The position numbers were made by a program, and so were the translations under genes. Positions 35,289 to 47,029 of a DNA stretch of 64,000 nt are shown one piece after another; position 1 is the first letter of the stretch, and each line of letters opens with the position of its first letter. The notes under the pieces are model-generated. The model saw only the letters and a list, made by a program, of their open reading frames with translations, ran no database searches and had not been told where the DNA came from. This stretch comes from Selaginella moellendorffii. Lineage: Eukaryota > Plantae > Lycopodiophyta. The stretch covers positions 3,357,710-3,421,709 of the forward strand of contig NW_003314264.1 in NCBI RefSeq assembly GCF_000143415.4. The letters run 5' to 3'.

Positions 35289-35894
35289 ATGGAGGAGAAG
35301 AGGGCGAGGGATGGGGACGAGGAAGATGAAGATCCCCGGGAGTGTCTCAAGAAGCTGTGTAGAGGGCTGGGGATCGTGGAGGAGGAGCACCATGGCCTCG
35401 CGTTGGATGAAGAGGGCAACCGCGAGGTGGCGCTGGAGGAATCCAGCCTCGCGCGCGAGGAGCTCCTCTCGGGCGTGATCAAGAGCCTGGAGGAGGAGAT
35501 CAATCTCTCGTCTGGGTCGTCGTCGCCGGCGCCGGTGGAGCAGCAGCAAGAGGAATCCTGCCAGGAGATCTTCGCGACGAGCAGCCGGCTGAGCTATCTC
35601 CTGGAGGCGTCGGACGACGAGCTGGGCATCGCGAGCCCGGCGCTGTCGGAGGCGGATCTCTCGTGCTCGTTGAGCGAGCAGCAGATCCGCGCCAACACCG
35701 CGCTGGATCTGCTCGAGGGCGAGGTGATCAGCCTGGGCTTCCCCGAGTTTGAGGAGGAGTGGATCCGCAGGGCCGTCGCGACCATGGAGATGGTGATGGA
35801 GTCTTCTTCAGTGGAGTTGGATGGCTCTTCCACGGTCGCGGGGATTGAGTCGCCATGTCAGCCACTCCTGGTCGAATCGTCGGGCTCGTTGTGA
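35289..35894 (+). CDS. Uncharacterised acidic plant protein
   Basis: Intronless, GC3-rich ORF with LLSGVIKSLEEEI and LSYLLEASDDELGI blocks typical of a conserved plant family. Confidence 0.7.
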   Translation: MEEKRARDGDEEDEDPRECLKKLCRGLGIVEEEHHGLALDEEGNREVALEESSLAREELLSGVIKSLEEEINLSSGSSSPAPVEQQQEESCQEIFATSSRLSYLLEASDDELGIASPALSEADLSCSLSEQQIRANTALDLLEGEVISLGFPEFEEEWIRRAVATMEMVMESSSVELDGSSTVAGIESPCQPLLVESSGSL

Positions 35895-37475
35895 TCTCTC
35901 GCTTCCTCGCAAAGAAGAGGAATTGGATCGGCCCTTGTGAATAGTAGGAAATTTTTTTACTTTGCTTTGTATTGACTTTTAACTCCGGCACTGACAATAG
36001 AATGCATCAATCAAAGATGAGGTGGAGTGGAGAGTGGATCATCAAACAGGTCACACTCTCTCTCTAGCTGGAAGAGATTTTTTACTCCAAATGTCCTGTC
36101 GTACAATTGGCCAATCCTGTCGTACGATTACTTGTGTGGTGGAAATTGATTAGCGGTTATGCGTTCTCAACTTTACTTGGCGCATTGAGGGAGCGCCAAG
36201 ATCGAGTTATGGAGACGCGACGATCTGGAGGATTTTCATTAGAGAGCTATCACTATCACTCACCATAGAAACGAGAGAGATCAAATCTGGGCGTTCACGA
36301 CACGGAAAAGTTGGAGAGTCTCGCGGGAAGGAAACTCTCGATTTTCGTCGCTTTGACTGGGAATCTGGAAATCCTCGCCCCGCCTGAGGTACAAACACGC
36401 GTAAGTCAGTAAAACGGAGAGAAAAAAGAGTAAAAGATGAAATCGAGGATTCACTCACACTGTAAGATTCGCTGGATTGATTCGCCTGTGAGTAAGGTGG
36501 CCCACGCATGCTGCATTGGAAGACGGCGCGACGAGACGAGCGATTTTGGGTCCTTGTTGCCGCCCGCCCGAAACACCTGCGAGATGGAAAACGCAGTGAT
36601 GACAACTACAAACGACGAGGAAGACTAGAAAAAAGAGATTAGAAAACTTAGATGGGAATGGGAATCGAATACCTCGTGGGAAGAAGCTACACATGGTGCT
36701 TGGCCCAAGTCGCACGCCTTGGAGCCTCCATGGAAAGTGCGTGCGTCGTCCACCACCAACACCAACGCTCCCTTCCCTGGAATGAGAAAAATGCCGAGAA
36801 AAATGCGCTGCGTCCCCCGGACTATCCATTTGTCAAATCCTGTCACCCCGCCTCCTGCAAGCTTTGCTGCTCTTCTGCCTGTTCCACCAACCAGTCGGCC
36901 CGTTTTGCGTGGGTGCTGGCCAATGAAAGTCCAAAATCCCGGTGCGTATCAATCCTGTGTGCCTCTGTCTCTGTCCCTTTCTCTGGCCCCGTGGCGATCA
37001 TTCTGTCTCGTGAAAGGCGGGCGGGCGGGCGGGCGGAGCCAAAGGTTTGCAGTCCAGACACGCACTCTGCATGGGCGCATCCTGCACAAAAGCCGTTCGA
37101 GAGAGCGTCAAATCTCTAAGTTTGCATGAAGTCTTACCTCCCGGGGAAAGCTTTGGACATGTTGAACAAGCAATTACATTCCCAGGCAGCGTACGCGCTG
37201 TCGTTACGCAACATTTTCGTGGCTCGTTGTCACCCGCTCCATCCATTCTGTTGAGCCGAGGGACCAGACAACGGGCTTACTTCCAGATTCCTAGCCTTTG
37301 CCACTTTCCGGACGCTGCCAAACAGGAGCACTAGATAAGCCTCTGCTGCGTCGCTGTCGATGACCAGGGACTTACTGAAAATTCTTCATCGAGCTGTCAC
37401 GGTCCGGAAGCAACCTGGTTTCCGGCATCAAATCGGGTACCGCCTGTGAAGAAGATTCGAAGAACAGAAACGTGG

Positions 37476-38402
37476 TCACGCTTGTTGTACGTTTCTGGTT
37501 TCCTGGCCAGCCTGGTTCACCAGCTTGCGCAGCCCGTAGTCCCTCAACTTCTGAGAATTCAGCTTCTTGATGGCGGACAGGTACTGAGCAGCACCAGACG
37601 GCATCTGATCTTTGTTGGTCTTGGTTATCGGTTTTGACCCTTCTTTGCGCTTCAAGACTTCGAGAGCTTCTGCTTGGACCTCTTCAAAACAAATATTTAT
37701 GCGTCAGTAACTACTAAGAAGCAAATAAAGAAATCACGCAGACCGGATGTTCCTCTCGCGGCACTAACTGCGAATTCTCGCTCCGTGATTGCTTGAGGCC
37801 AGTCCTCAACGCATGTCATGTGTTTCATGGCCATCTCGTAAGCCTTTGAAAAGATCGAAACAGTCAGGGACAAGGAAAGCTAGCTAATAAATAGAGTCCC
37901 TTACTTTCACAGCGTTGGAGAAGAAAAAACTCCTCGAGCAGGCCCTCGCAAAGTCCATCCATTCTTCCGCAGATACAACCAGCTCTGGATATTCCACGCA
38001 AAAGGTCTCTCGCAGTATCAAGGTCTCGTAACGAAGAACAAATTGTTCCTTTCACACGAACAAATTTTCGGCTTTAGATATGAAAATCAAAGAAGCTACC
38101 TCAATGTCACAGGCTAGATCGAAGCAGCATTGGAGGAAGTCGAGCAGCTCCAGCTTCTCTTCGATAGGGATCTGCGCGGCGGATCTCAAGCAGGCGCTGG
38201 AAGCCTCTCGGAGCATTTCTTTCACGGTGGAATCGAGACCAGGGTCCAGCATGACGCGCAGCTTCTGAAACGCAAGATCATACCTGCGAATCCAGACGCT
38301 GCATTGGCTCCCGCAAGAGCGATCAAGACCTTACCTCCTCGACATTACGAGCGACGCGAACCTTTGCATCTCCATCGCAAGCAAGCGCCTTGAATCCGCC
38401 AT
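37476..38402 (-). CDS. DFO: DOUBLE-STRAND BREAK FORMATION (meiotic DSB accessory) homolog, spliced
   Basis: Spliced translation SRRYD..EEKLELLDFLQCCFDLACDIE..LRYETLILRE..LVVSAEEWMDFA..VQAEALEVLKRK..AIKKLNSQKL follows the plant DFO pattern. Confidence 0.75.
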
Positions 38403-38510
38403 TGCCGCCAAGAAACAAGAACTAGGGTTTATACCCCATCAAAATATTTCTTCTTCGTTTTAAAATCCCTCTCCCAATTCTCTCGCGCGCTTGGGAATGG
38501 AATCTCATCG

Positions 38511-39395
38511 TCAAGGAACGAACTCGATCTCTCCTCTCTGCAATCCCTTGAACACATTCAATCCGCCCACGGCGCCAGCGCTGAAGCTCCCATCGATCAC
38601 GAGGCTATGGCCGCTGATATACTTCGAATCATCGCTGGCCAGGAAAAGCGCGGCCTTGGCCACGTCCTCGGGCGCCAGCATCTTCCTCAAATCCTCGCAA
38701 TTCTCAGAGCCAGGGCAGGATTTCTCATCCCGGATCTCGAGATGCCTGAGATGCCGCCCCACAGAGCACAGCAAATCCGTCAAGACCCCATTGGGTGTGA
38801 TGCAATTCACGCGGATGCCATAGTGGGCGAGCTCCAGCGCGCACGTCTTGACGAGCCCTAGAATGGCGTGCTTGGTGATGGTGTAGGGGTGGAGCGCGAG
38901 GCCGGCCACCATAGCCGAGACGCTGGCGGTGCACAGAATCGACCCCTGGACGTGCTGCTCAATCATGACGCGCGACGCGTGCTTGATCCCCAGCGCCGCC
39001 CCTCTCACGTTCACAGCGTAGAGGAAATCCAGCTCGGCCGCCTCCATGGAGGAGATCGACGGTGATGGATGCCGCCCATTGAGCACGCCGGCGTTGTTGT
39101 GCATCACATCCAGCCGTCCAAACTCGGACACCGCGGTGCGTACCGCGCGGACTATGTCGGCCTCGCTGCCCACGTCGCAGTGCACGTAGCGGCATACCGC
39201 CGGGCCGCCGACCTCAGCCTCGAGCCGGGCGCCCGACTCGTCGTCAATGTCGGCGATGACCAGCCTTGCGCCGTTGGATGCGAAGAGCCGCGCCGTGGCG
39301 GCGCCGATGCCGTTGGCTCCGCCGGTGATCACCGCGACCTTGTCCCGGAGGAGCTCTTGCCTGGAAGAAAGAAATAAAATCGCTCCAGCATGCAT
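38511..39395 (-). CDS. Short-chain dehydrogenase/reductase (ABA2/tasselseed2-like)
   Basis: KVAVITGGANGIG, NNAG, YTITK, GIRVNCITP. The true start is uncertain (possible acceptor at ~39362). Confidence 0.9.
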   Translation of the reverse strand: MHAGAILFLSSRQELLRDKVAVITGGANGIGAATARLFASNGARLVIADIDDESGARLEAEVGGPAVCRYVHCDVGSEADIVRAVRTAVSEFGRLDVMHNNAGVLNGRHPSPSISSMEAAELDFLYAVNVRGAALGIKHASRVMIEQHVQGSILCTASVSAMVAGLALHPYTITKHAILGLVKTCALELAHYGIRVNCITPNGVLTDLLCSVGRHLRHLEIRDEKSCPGSENCEDLRKMLAPEDVAKAALFLASDDSKYISGHSLVIDGSFSAGAVGGLNVFKGLQRGEIEFVP

Positions 39396-40236
39396 TCCTG
39401 GCCTGATTCACCTGGTGTGCTGTTGTTGGTCGTGATTGATTTTCGTGGAGAAGAAGAAGCGCCCTCCTCTTTTGGATTGCTGCCTAATTCACAGGGATTG
39501 GATTCAGATAGATGGTTGCGTACTTTTGTTCCAATCCAAGTACCTCAAGAGCCTCCTCCCAGACAATATCATACTCGCGTCTTCACTCCAATTCGTATCG
39601 CTCCTCTCCAGAGAAGAGAGCTGTGGTCACTCGCGCTTATTGCTCGATCGCTGCGAGATATCTGTCGACTAAAAACCCGAATCACTCCAAAGTCTGTTGC
39701 TGCTGCTAGCGCTGCCGCGGCTGTAAGAGCGGCCATTATCAAAGCTCTCGCGACATGCTCCCCATTAATACGAGAAGTAGAAGAAGAAAGACTAGTAAAA
39801 GAAAAGGAGATGGAAAGACACAAAAGGGCTCTCTGTTCCTCGACGATAGAGACTCGGAGCTCTCTCTCAGGCTTAACAAAATGCCTGACACACAGCCCGA
39901 CAAGGACCGAGAGAAAAGCCCACAAAACTCGAGAGCTTTGCTTGGATCGAGAAGGAAAACTTCGCGCAAATCATGCCCGACAAAGCCTCTCTTCCAAGCT
40001 CGCTCACGCTTTCGGCGTCCTTGTGTGTGTCTGATGCGCATAAGTCTTCGTTTTCCTGCCGCACTGTTTTGCCAGACGTGTGTAAGTTGACAGTGCATTA
40101 GAACTAAAACAATCGGATTCATGGACATCAAATGCTCGGCTTTGCTACAATCAAATCGAAAGCCATGGACGATAACTCTTGTACAACACAACCAAATCAA
40201 AAGCTTCTAGAGAGTTAAAAGGTGGTACAACTTTCG

Positions 40237-41310
40237 TCAAAAGAAGCTCGACCCTTTCACCACCATGTAGAAACCCTGGTTCATCACAAAGTCCGTGATC
40301 TTCTGGTAGAACTTCTCCGTGAAATGAACTCCATCCCAGTTCATGTGCTTCGACAGGGATTTGCACACCGTGGAGGTGCTGCAGCCGCATCCGGGCTTGC
40401 TCGCGTCGCAGTTGTAAGTCCCCGACCCCGACCCACAGCACGCCTGCAGCTTGCTGGCCGGATCAAAGCCGTAGTCCTCCGGGCTCTTGTACATGGTCAG
40501 CGCCGCCGCGAACACATCCCCATACACGATGTTCTCACCGGCATCGATCCCCTCGAGCATCGCCATCAGCGCCTTGTTGAATTCCATGCTCACCTTGCTG
40601 ATCTCCTCGAGGCAGCCGAATCCATCGTACTTGGGACTGGATCCCACACTTTGCTGCAGGTAGAGCGGCAGGCACCCCTGCGGCGGGAGATTCATCACCA
40701 GGAAGCTCTTGATCCCCTCCTTGGCGAGACGGTTGATCCCGTCCTCGATGGAGCCGATCACGTCGGGGATCTTGGCCACGATGGCGCTCGGAGAGGAGCC
40801 GCCGATGATCATGTAGTTGATGTCGTTGCCGCCGATGAGTATGATCGCGACGCCGGATTCCACCGTGCCAGTCGAGGGGAAGTGCGAGGTGGCGTGCGAG
40901 GAGGAGCAGTCCTTCTTGAAGTTGACGAAGCTGTCGATCTGGTGATCCAGGCTGATGCCGCTGGGGAGCGTTGGGCTCGCGAAGTCCTCGTTCGCGGTGG
41001 CGCCGGCGATGGCGAAGTTGACGCCCTTGGTATAGTCTAGATTCTTGTTGCTCCCGTCGTCGTAGGGTGGCAAGAACTGCGTGCCAAAGTTGTCCATGGC
41101 GAAATCTAGCCATAGCCTCCCGTCGGAGAACCTCCCCGTGGCCTTTTTGAAGTACGTCATGCCATACGGGAGCTTCACCACCCCGCCCGACATGCTCTGC
41201 AAGTTTCCCGTGTCGGACAGCGAATCTCCAAACGCCATGAAGTATTTGGCGGCGTAAGTGGTCTGAACGCAAAGGATCAGCGACAAAAAAACCAAGATCT
41301 TCCACTCCAT
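40237..41310 (-). CDS. GDSL esterase/lipase
   Basis: Signal peptide, FGDSLSDTGN, GRFSDGRL, GVNFAIAGA, IGGND, WDGVHFT; intronless. Confidence 0.95.
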   Translation of the reverse strand: MEWKILVFLSLILCVQTTYAAKYFMAFGDSLSDTGNLQSMSGGVVKLPYGMTYFKKATGRFSDGRLWLDFAMDNFGTQFLPPYDDGSNKNLDYTKGVNFAIAGATANEDFASPTLPSGISLDHQIDSFVNFKKDCSSSHATSHFPSTGTVESGVAIILIGGNDINYMIIGGSSPSAIVAKIPDVIGSIEDGINRLAKEGIKSFLVMNLPPQGCLPLYLQQSVGSSPKYDGFGCLEEISKVSMEFNKALMAMLEGIDAGENIVYGDVFAAALTMYKSPEDYGFDPASKLQACCGSGSGTYNCDASKPGCGCSTSTVCKSLSKHMNWDGVHFTEKFYQKITDFVMNQGFYMVVKGSSFF

Positions 41311-41520
41311 TGCCACTGCTTGCTCAAACCCCAAGGATTACTATCAAGTTTATTTTTAGTGTTTTACAGAAGTAACACGATCTCTTTGAACGGCTGTGAT
41401 TTGCCAGAAATATTCTATTTTCTCGTCTTATTTATAACTTTGTGATTTAAAGGTAAACACAATGCTTTGAACTATGTTTTAAAGTTGAGGTTTTGGCCAA
41501 GAAAGGGGAGCCCCCCGTCG

Positions 41521-42683
41521 TCACAGGAACCTCTTGAGATAGGAGCTTGCGCTCATGTAATCGATGTGAGGGTAAAGGTGGGACGCGCTCACGTCGTCAC
41601 TGATGTCGAAGTTGGAGCACTCACCCTTGTAGAAGACGTGATAGAAGATGGAGAGCGCCTCGTTTTTCGGTGACGGTGGTCCTGGAAAGAGCGCTCGCGA
41701 TTAAACAAAAGAGAGAACGACAACAACACGTCAAACCCACCTTGAAGATCTCTGAGAAAGTCCTCCTCGGGAATGTGACACTTTACCAGCGTCACACCGC
41801 TCATCTCCTCCCACATTTCGACGACTTCCTTCTGCGACAGGACGTTGGCTGGAGGGCGAATGTAGATCGTCTTGTTTACCGCCCTGGGATCGTCCACAGT
41901 GCTCAACGCGTATCGCCCAACATCCGCTTCCACGACCCAGACCACTGCCGAAAGAAGAAGAAAAGAGAGAGCTCAGTCTAAAAGCACTGCAAGCCATGAA
42001 TGCATTTGGCAGACCTTTGGCTGTCCCGTCTCCATAGATGAAAGCTTTCTCCTTGGGAGGCATGAACTGAGCGAACTGCGCGAGTGAAGACAAGAAGTAA
42101 CCAGCGAAACAGTTTGCCGACACGAAAGTATGGGGGATCCCGGCTGCCTCCACTGCACGCCTCACCTCTCGCTTCGACTCAAAGACGTGGTTTCCCGGCT
42201 TGAGAGCGTGATGCATCCGGTCGGGATCCATTCCAAACTCCGAAGGTAAAAATCTCTGCGGCACGCACCAAACTTCAGATGGATACCAATAAATTGGCAC
42301 GGACCTTTATGTTCCCCGCCTGCTTGATGGCCTCCACCAGCTTGAGTTGAGAGAGCAGCCGATTCTCTGCCATCGCCGAGACCACCACGTCTACTTGCTT
42401 CAGAGCGGCCAACAAACTGTCGTTGTCATCAAGAGATCCCTGCTAGCCAGAGAGAAACGAACAGTCAGAAAAGAAAAATTGCAAGCCAACTGTTTACCTC
42501 CAAGAGCTTGGCCCCCTGTGCCTTGAATCCTAATACTATTTCCACCCGCGTTATGTCGTGAACAACGTCCGGCCGCACGAGGAGGTACGTTGGGTGATTT
42601 AAATCCAGCGAAGCTTGAGCCATGAGCCTGCCGATGTATCCTGTGCATCCAACAACTAGAACTCGACTCTTAATTGGCTCCAT
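41521..42683 (-). CDS. Pinoresinol-lariciresinol reductase / isoflavone reductase-like (NmrA family), spliced
   Basis: RVLVVGCTGYIG, RFLPSEFGMDP, GIPHTFVSANCFAGYF, DDPRAVNKTIYIRPP. Confidence 0.93.
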
Positions 42684-43079
42684 ACCGACGCTTCTCAGCT
42701 AAAATCTATCTATCTATATGGTCTTTTGATCACAGGAAATGGACGAGCTATAAAAAAGGCCCCAGCACGACCAAACGAGCAGACAAACAAGAAGGCAGAC
42801 AATGTGAAGAAAAAGAAAAAGTAGAAACATGACTATTATGCACGCAAGTTTCTAGTAGAACCTTCTCTTTGTTCAAAGTTTCTACTTAGTCCTTCGAAGC
42901 TTCTACTTTAGTTCTTCGAAGAACTTCTTTGATCTTCTCGTTGCTCACAACTTTCTTGGAACTTCTTTGATCTTCTATGGCGGATTGTCACTTCGAGCGA
43001 GTGAGAATTGGAAGAGTTTGCTCGACGATCGAAACATATTGGTCAGCAGCACATTATACATACGGAGTGCTTTCCTCCT

Positions 43080-43900
43080 GAGCACCAGTTTCGTCACTCG
43101 AGCTCCCCCATCTTGGTGTGTCCCCGGAAAGCTCCCAGCAACCCCAGCTCTCGGGCATCGCTCTGCATGGCCGAGACGAGCACCTCGGCCTCGATCAAGT
43201 ACCTAGCCCGTGCGGAAAATCCACCACGCAGCAAAATTGCTGCTTGAGAGGAACCAACTTCCAGTCTCTCGTCATAGCAAGGCCGGATCGAAGCTTTCCT
43301 GCGCCAGGAGAATCCAAACGAAGCCTGCTTCTCCTGGAGTTTGAGTGAGAACCATGGGGTGGAAGAGCTCCAGCGTCGAGTCCGTCTGGCCATTGTAAGC
43401 ATACGTCTCAAGCATCGTGTTCTAGGCCACAGCCACTGCAGTCACTGTGTCAAGGCCATAGTCCAGGCCATCTGCGGCATCTCCTCAAAGACCGACTTTG
43501 CACGCTTGATTGCCCAGTCTGGGTATAAGCGGCCAGTAGCGACGTCCACGATACTACATTGGCGCCGGGCATGGAGGGAAAGACCGCTTGGCCTCCTCGA
43601 CATGCCCGCGCCGAGCATACGTCGCCGAGAGCAACGCAACCATGTCCCTACTTGGCATGTCCTCGAAGAAAAGCCTGGCTTCCTCCACACACCCGCCCCG
43701 GGCCTACGTTGATGTTCATCATGTTCCACGAGCAAGGTGATACTGTCAAACACGATTCGTGCCTGCTGGACGTTTCCCTGCTTGCTGTAGTGCTGGAGCA
43801 ATTGGAATGCCATTCTTAAGAACCTGAGAGCGCGAAGTATGTCGAGCTGGGAAGAGCAAGTTTCCATCCAGAGCTCGGACCATCTGAAACAAAGAGTGAA
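43080..43900 (-). pseudogene. PLS-PPR pseudogene
   Basis: HYSKQGNVQQARIVFDSI, AKSVFEEMPQ and a degenerate E-domain remnant across frameshifts. Confidence 0.65.
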
Positions 43901-44110
43901 TCCAGTAAATCCAGAAACCAAAACCACCTCGCTTTTCGTTTTCTTTTCTTCTGCTGCTACATTGTAGACAACATGGAAGATATAGGATCAGTTAGGAAAA
44001 CCAAACTTCCCCGGGGATAAAAGAGCCGCGCCATCGTGGTACGTATACTTACAAAATGATAACCGAGAGCCTACCTATGAACAAGACAGCGATGGTAAGC
44101 ACTAAATAAT

Positions 44111-45542
44111 TTACTCTGTTGCAGCGGCAGCTCGGGCCGTGAGCAAAGGTTGGAGCGCTTTCACCACGATGCCCATGTTTGGCCTAAAGTCCGCCTCGTA
44201 TTGCACGCACAGAGCGGCAACAGCGGCCATCTATGCAAGAAGAACGCAGTTGGAAGAACAGAAAAAAAAAAAGAAAAGAACTTACCTTGGCAGCTGCTTT
44301 TACAGGATACTCTCCTTTCAGCATTGGATCCACACATTGCTCGACTTTGTCTTCGCTAAGTCTGGGTGTGGCCTGTGATCGGATCAAACAACACGTTGAA
44401 GTACCAGATACCGCCACTGAGCTTGTCAGCCTACTTACCCACGTTAAAAGGCTCTGCTGTTCACGAGGCTTTGAGTGATCCACTGGCTTTCTCCCAGTGA
44501 GGAGCTCCAACAAAACCACGCCAAAGCTATAGACATCGCTCTTTTGTGTGAGCTGACCTGTCATAGCATATCTAAGCCAAAAAGCGTTAGACTGAGGCTT
44601 GGAAGTTATAACCGCTTACTCTGGAGCGTGGTAGCCGAAAGCTCCAAGTACACGAGTCGAGTGAAGCCTTGCGGCCGTGTCCGGTGCTTTATTGGAGAGA
44701 TTGAAGTCGGCTATCTTTGCTGTGCAGTCGTCGAACAGGAGAACGTTACTGGACTTGATGTTACGGTGAATTAGTGGTGGAGAGACTTTTTCATGCAAAT
44801 ATTTGAGCCCCTTCGCAGCCCCTACTACGATCTTCACACGCTGGGTCCAATCCAACACCGGACCAGGCAAAGCACCTTTAACACCTTTTCTCCCTGGTGG
44901 GACATGACTCGTAAGATTCGAACATCTTGAAAAGGCTCAAAACGTACCATGGAGTATGTCATGCAAGGAGCCCATCGTTGCAAACTCATACGCCAAAACA
45001 CGGAGTGGTCCGTCAACACAGTATCCAATAAGCTCAACAACGTTCTCATTCTTTAATCTCGATACCATGGAAATCTGAAGCACCACACGAATGAATAAAA
45101 AAGTAGAACGCTTGAAAAGCATACCTCAGCAAGAAACTCCTGATCAGGCTGTGAATTCTTGTCGAGCTTCTTTATCGCAGCTTGACCACTTCGCAACTCC
45201 GCAAGGTAAACTCGGCCATAGGATTCCTCACCGATGAGTGACTTGGGACCAAAATTCTCGGTGGCTTCTTTTAGCTCGTCAATACGAAGCATTGGAACAG
45301 CAATCGGTTGGACTCTGGCAGCTTGTCCAGCTCTATTTGCTCCTTCATTTGCTTTAGCAGCACCAGGGTTGCCTGAAAACCAAGCAAAGAACAATTATTT
45401 TCACACAGGAAAGGATGAAGAACTTACCATTTCTCACAGTAGTGAACGGAGTATAACGCTCCCGACTGGCTGTGTGCCGTCTCCCAAGACAATCGCCTCG
45501 TGCTCGCTCTGATGCGGCACAAGAAGAGAAAGCGCATCCCAT
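44111..45542 (-). CDS. PTI1-like receptor-like cytoplasmic kinase, spliced
   Basis: MGC.. N-terminus; [17 protein letters not shown]; [12 protein letters not shown]; [30 protein letters not shown]; [14 protein letters not shown]. Confidence 0.9.
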
Positions 45543-46770
45543 TGCTTCGCTAGACCTTGCCCCAGGTCAAAATATTTACCCTACACCTGGAAGAATCGTA
45601 TCGATGTTAAGACGCCAGCTTTGACCGTGGTCAACGTGAGGCGGGTATTAGAGAAATGATTGCATTGGAATCTTCATATTAGTGGTGTTGATGAGGTGTT
45701 TGAGGACTATATGAACTACAAGCTCTGAATAAGAATTAACAGGATGCAAGAGGCATGGCATAATTACTATGATATGTGGGTGTGTCAAACCACTTAAGGT
45801 TGGATATGATAATGTTTTATACAAAGCTAGATTGACTCAAAATTTTAACTTTTTCTGGTGTAATTATTTGGTATGGTTAACCAATTTAGAAAATGCAAAG
45901 GCTTTAATAACTAGTCTTTGATGGTGGAATTAACTTAAGAAACCTTGTGTTGTGAACAAGAAACCATTAGTGTCTATTATAAATGAGTTTAAAGCTGTTT
46001 TTCATCTATATTTTTTTACAAACTCCTTCCTCTTTTTTTTTATGTCATCTTGAGTTCATGTTTAAGGGCTCACTCAAATTCCAAACATGATTGAATGCTT
46101 GGAACTTGAATTCAATAGGAGCATGACTCTCTACTGTTGTGCATTTAGCTCCACCACCATACCCAACTCCATTGCCACTCTATCCATAGCCACACTTGGA
46201 TCCATTGCTCATCACACTTAACTTAATGATCTAACCAAGTGCCCATAAATGTAAATGATATGTATTTATGTATATTCATATACAAAACACTTTAACCTAA
46301 CTAAAAATTAAATGTAAATCTAAATTACATAAAACATGGGTATAAATAGGAGGTCTATTTATGTCTTTTGTTCTTAGAGTTGCTTATATCTTACACTTGT
46401 TCTTATAGGACATTTTTAGGTGGTGATTATGTTTTTTTCATTTTGATCAATTCTAGCATGCAATTGCTAGCTGTAATCCATAAATTTTCTGTTACTAATT
46501 TGTTAGTTTACCTCTTTTATCCTAGCTATAGTTAAGTTCTTTTGCCAAGGTCTTTTTTTATTATATTATCTCCTTAGTCTTATTTAACTTCAACTACTCA
46601 CTGCAAAAATAATGAAGTGTTAGCCTTCTCTTTATAGATTTTTAGACTCTCTATTTCCCAATTTCTTTTCTTGGAATAGACTAAACTTAAAATTTGGGTA
46701 TGCTCCCTACAAGCATAAATAACCAAACACTAAACCTTTAGGATTTTAACATCCTTTGGTATAACAAAAC

Positions 46771-46926
46771 TGTAAGCAATTAAAGAGAACAATTCAAAAA
46801 ATGATCTATAATGTATTAAATATAAAAAAATGCCCTTCTTTTTTCAATTGGTTAAGGGTCTTGAGATATTTGGGGTTAAATGTCCTTAATGTAACTTCTT
46901 AGAAAGTTTAAATTTAAAAGTTTACA
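46771..46926 (+). mobile_element. Degraded Cassandra-like solo LTR
   Basis: TGTAAGCAATTAAAG..TTTTTCAATTGGTTAAGGGTCTTGAGATATTTGGGGTTAAA..TTTACA matches the LTR at 26962-27156. Confidence 0.7.
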
Positions 46927-47029
46927 AAAGTTTATAAATGGTATAAGAAATGTCATGAGTTTTAACTTCTATTTATGAAAGTGTAAAGTTGCAAGAAAGT
47001 TCTAAAATACAAATCCTAAAGCCCTAAAA

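Noticed and set aside
36200-37400. Possible small-peptide or miRNA locus
   Set aside because: Splice-like signals are present, but I found no convincing ORF, known miRNA sequence or hairpin.
39390-40034. 214-aa plus-strand ORF between the SDR and GDSL genes
   Set aside because: No recognisable motif; it could be real but I cannot support it.
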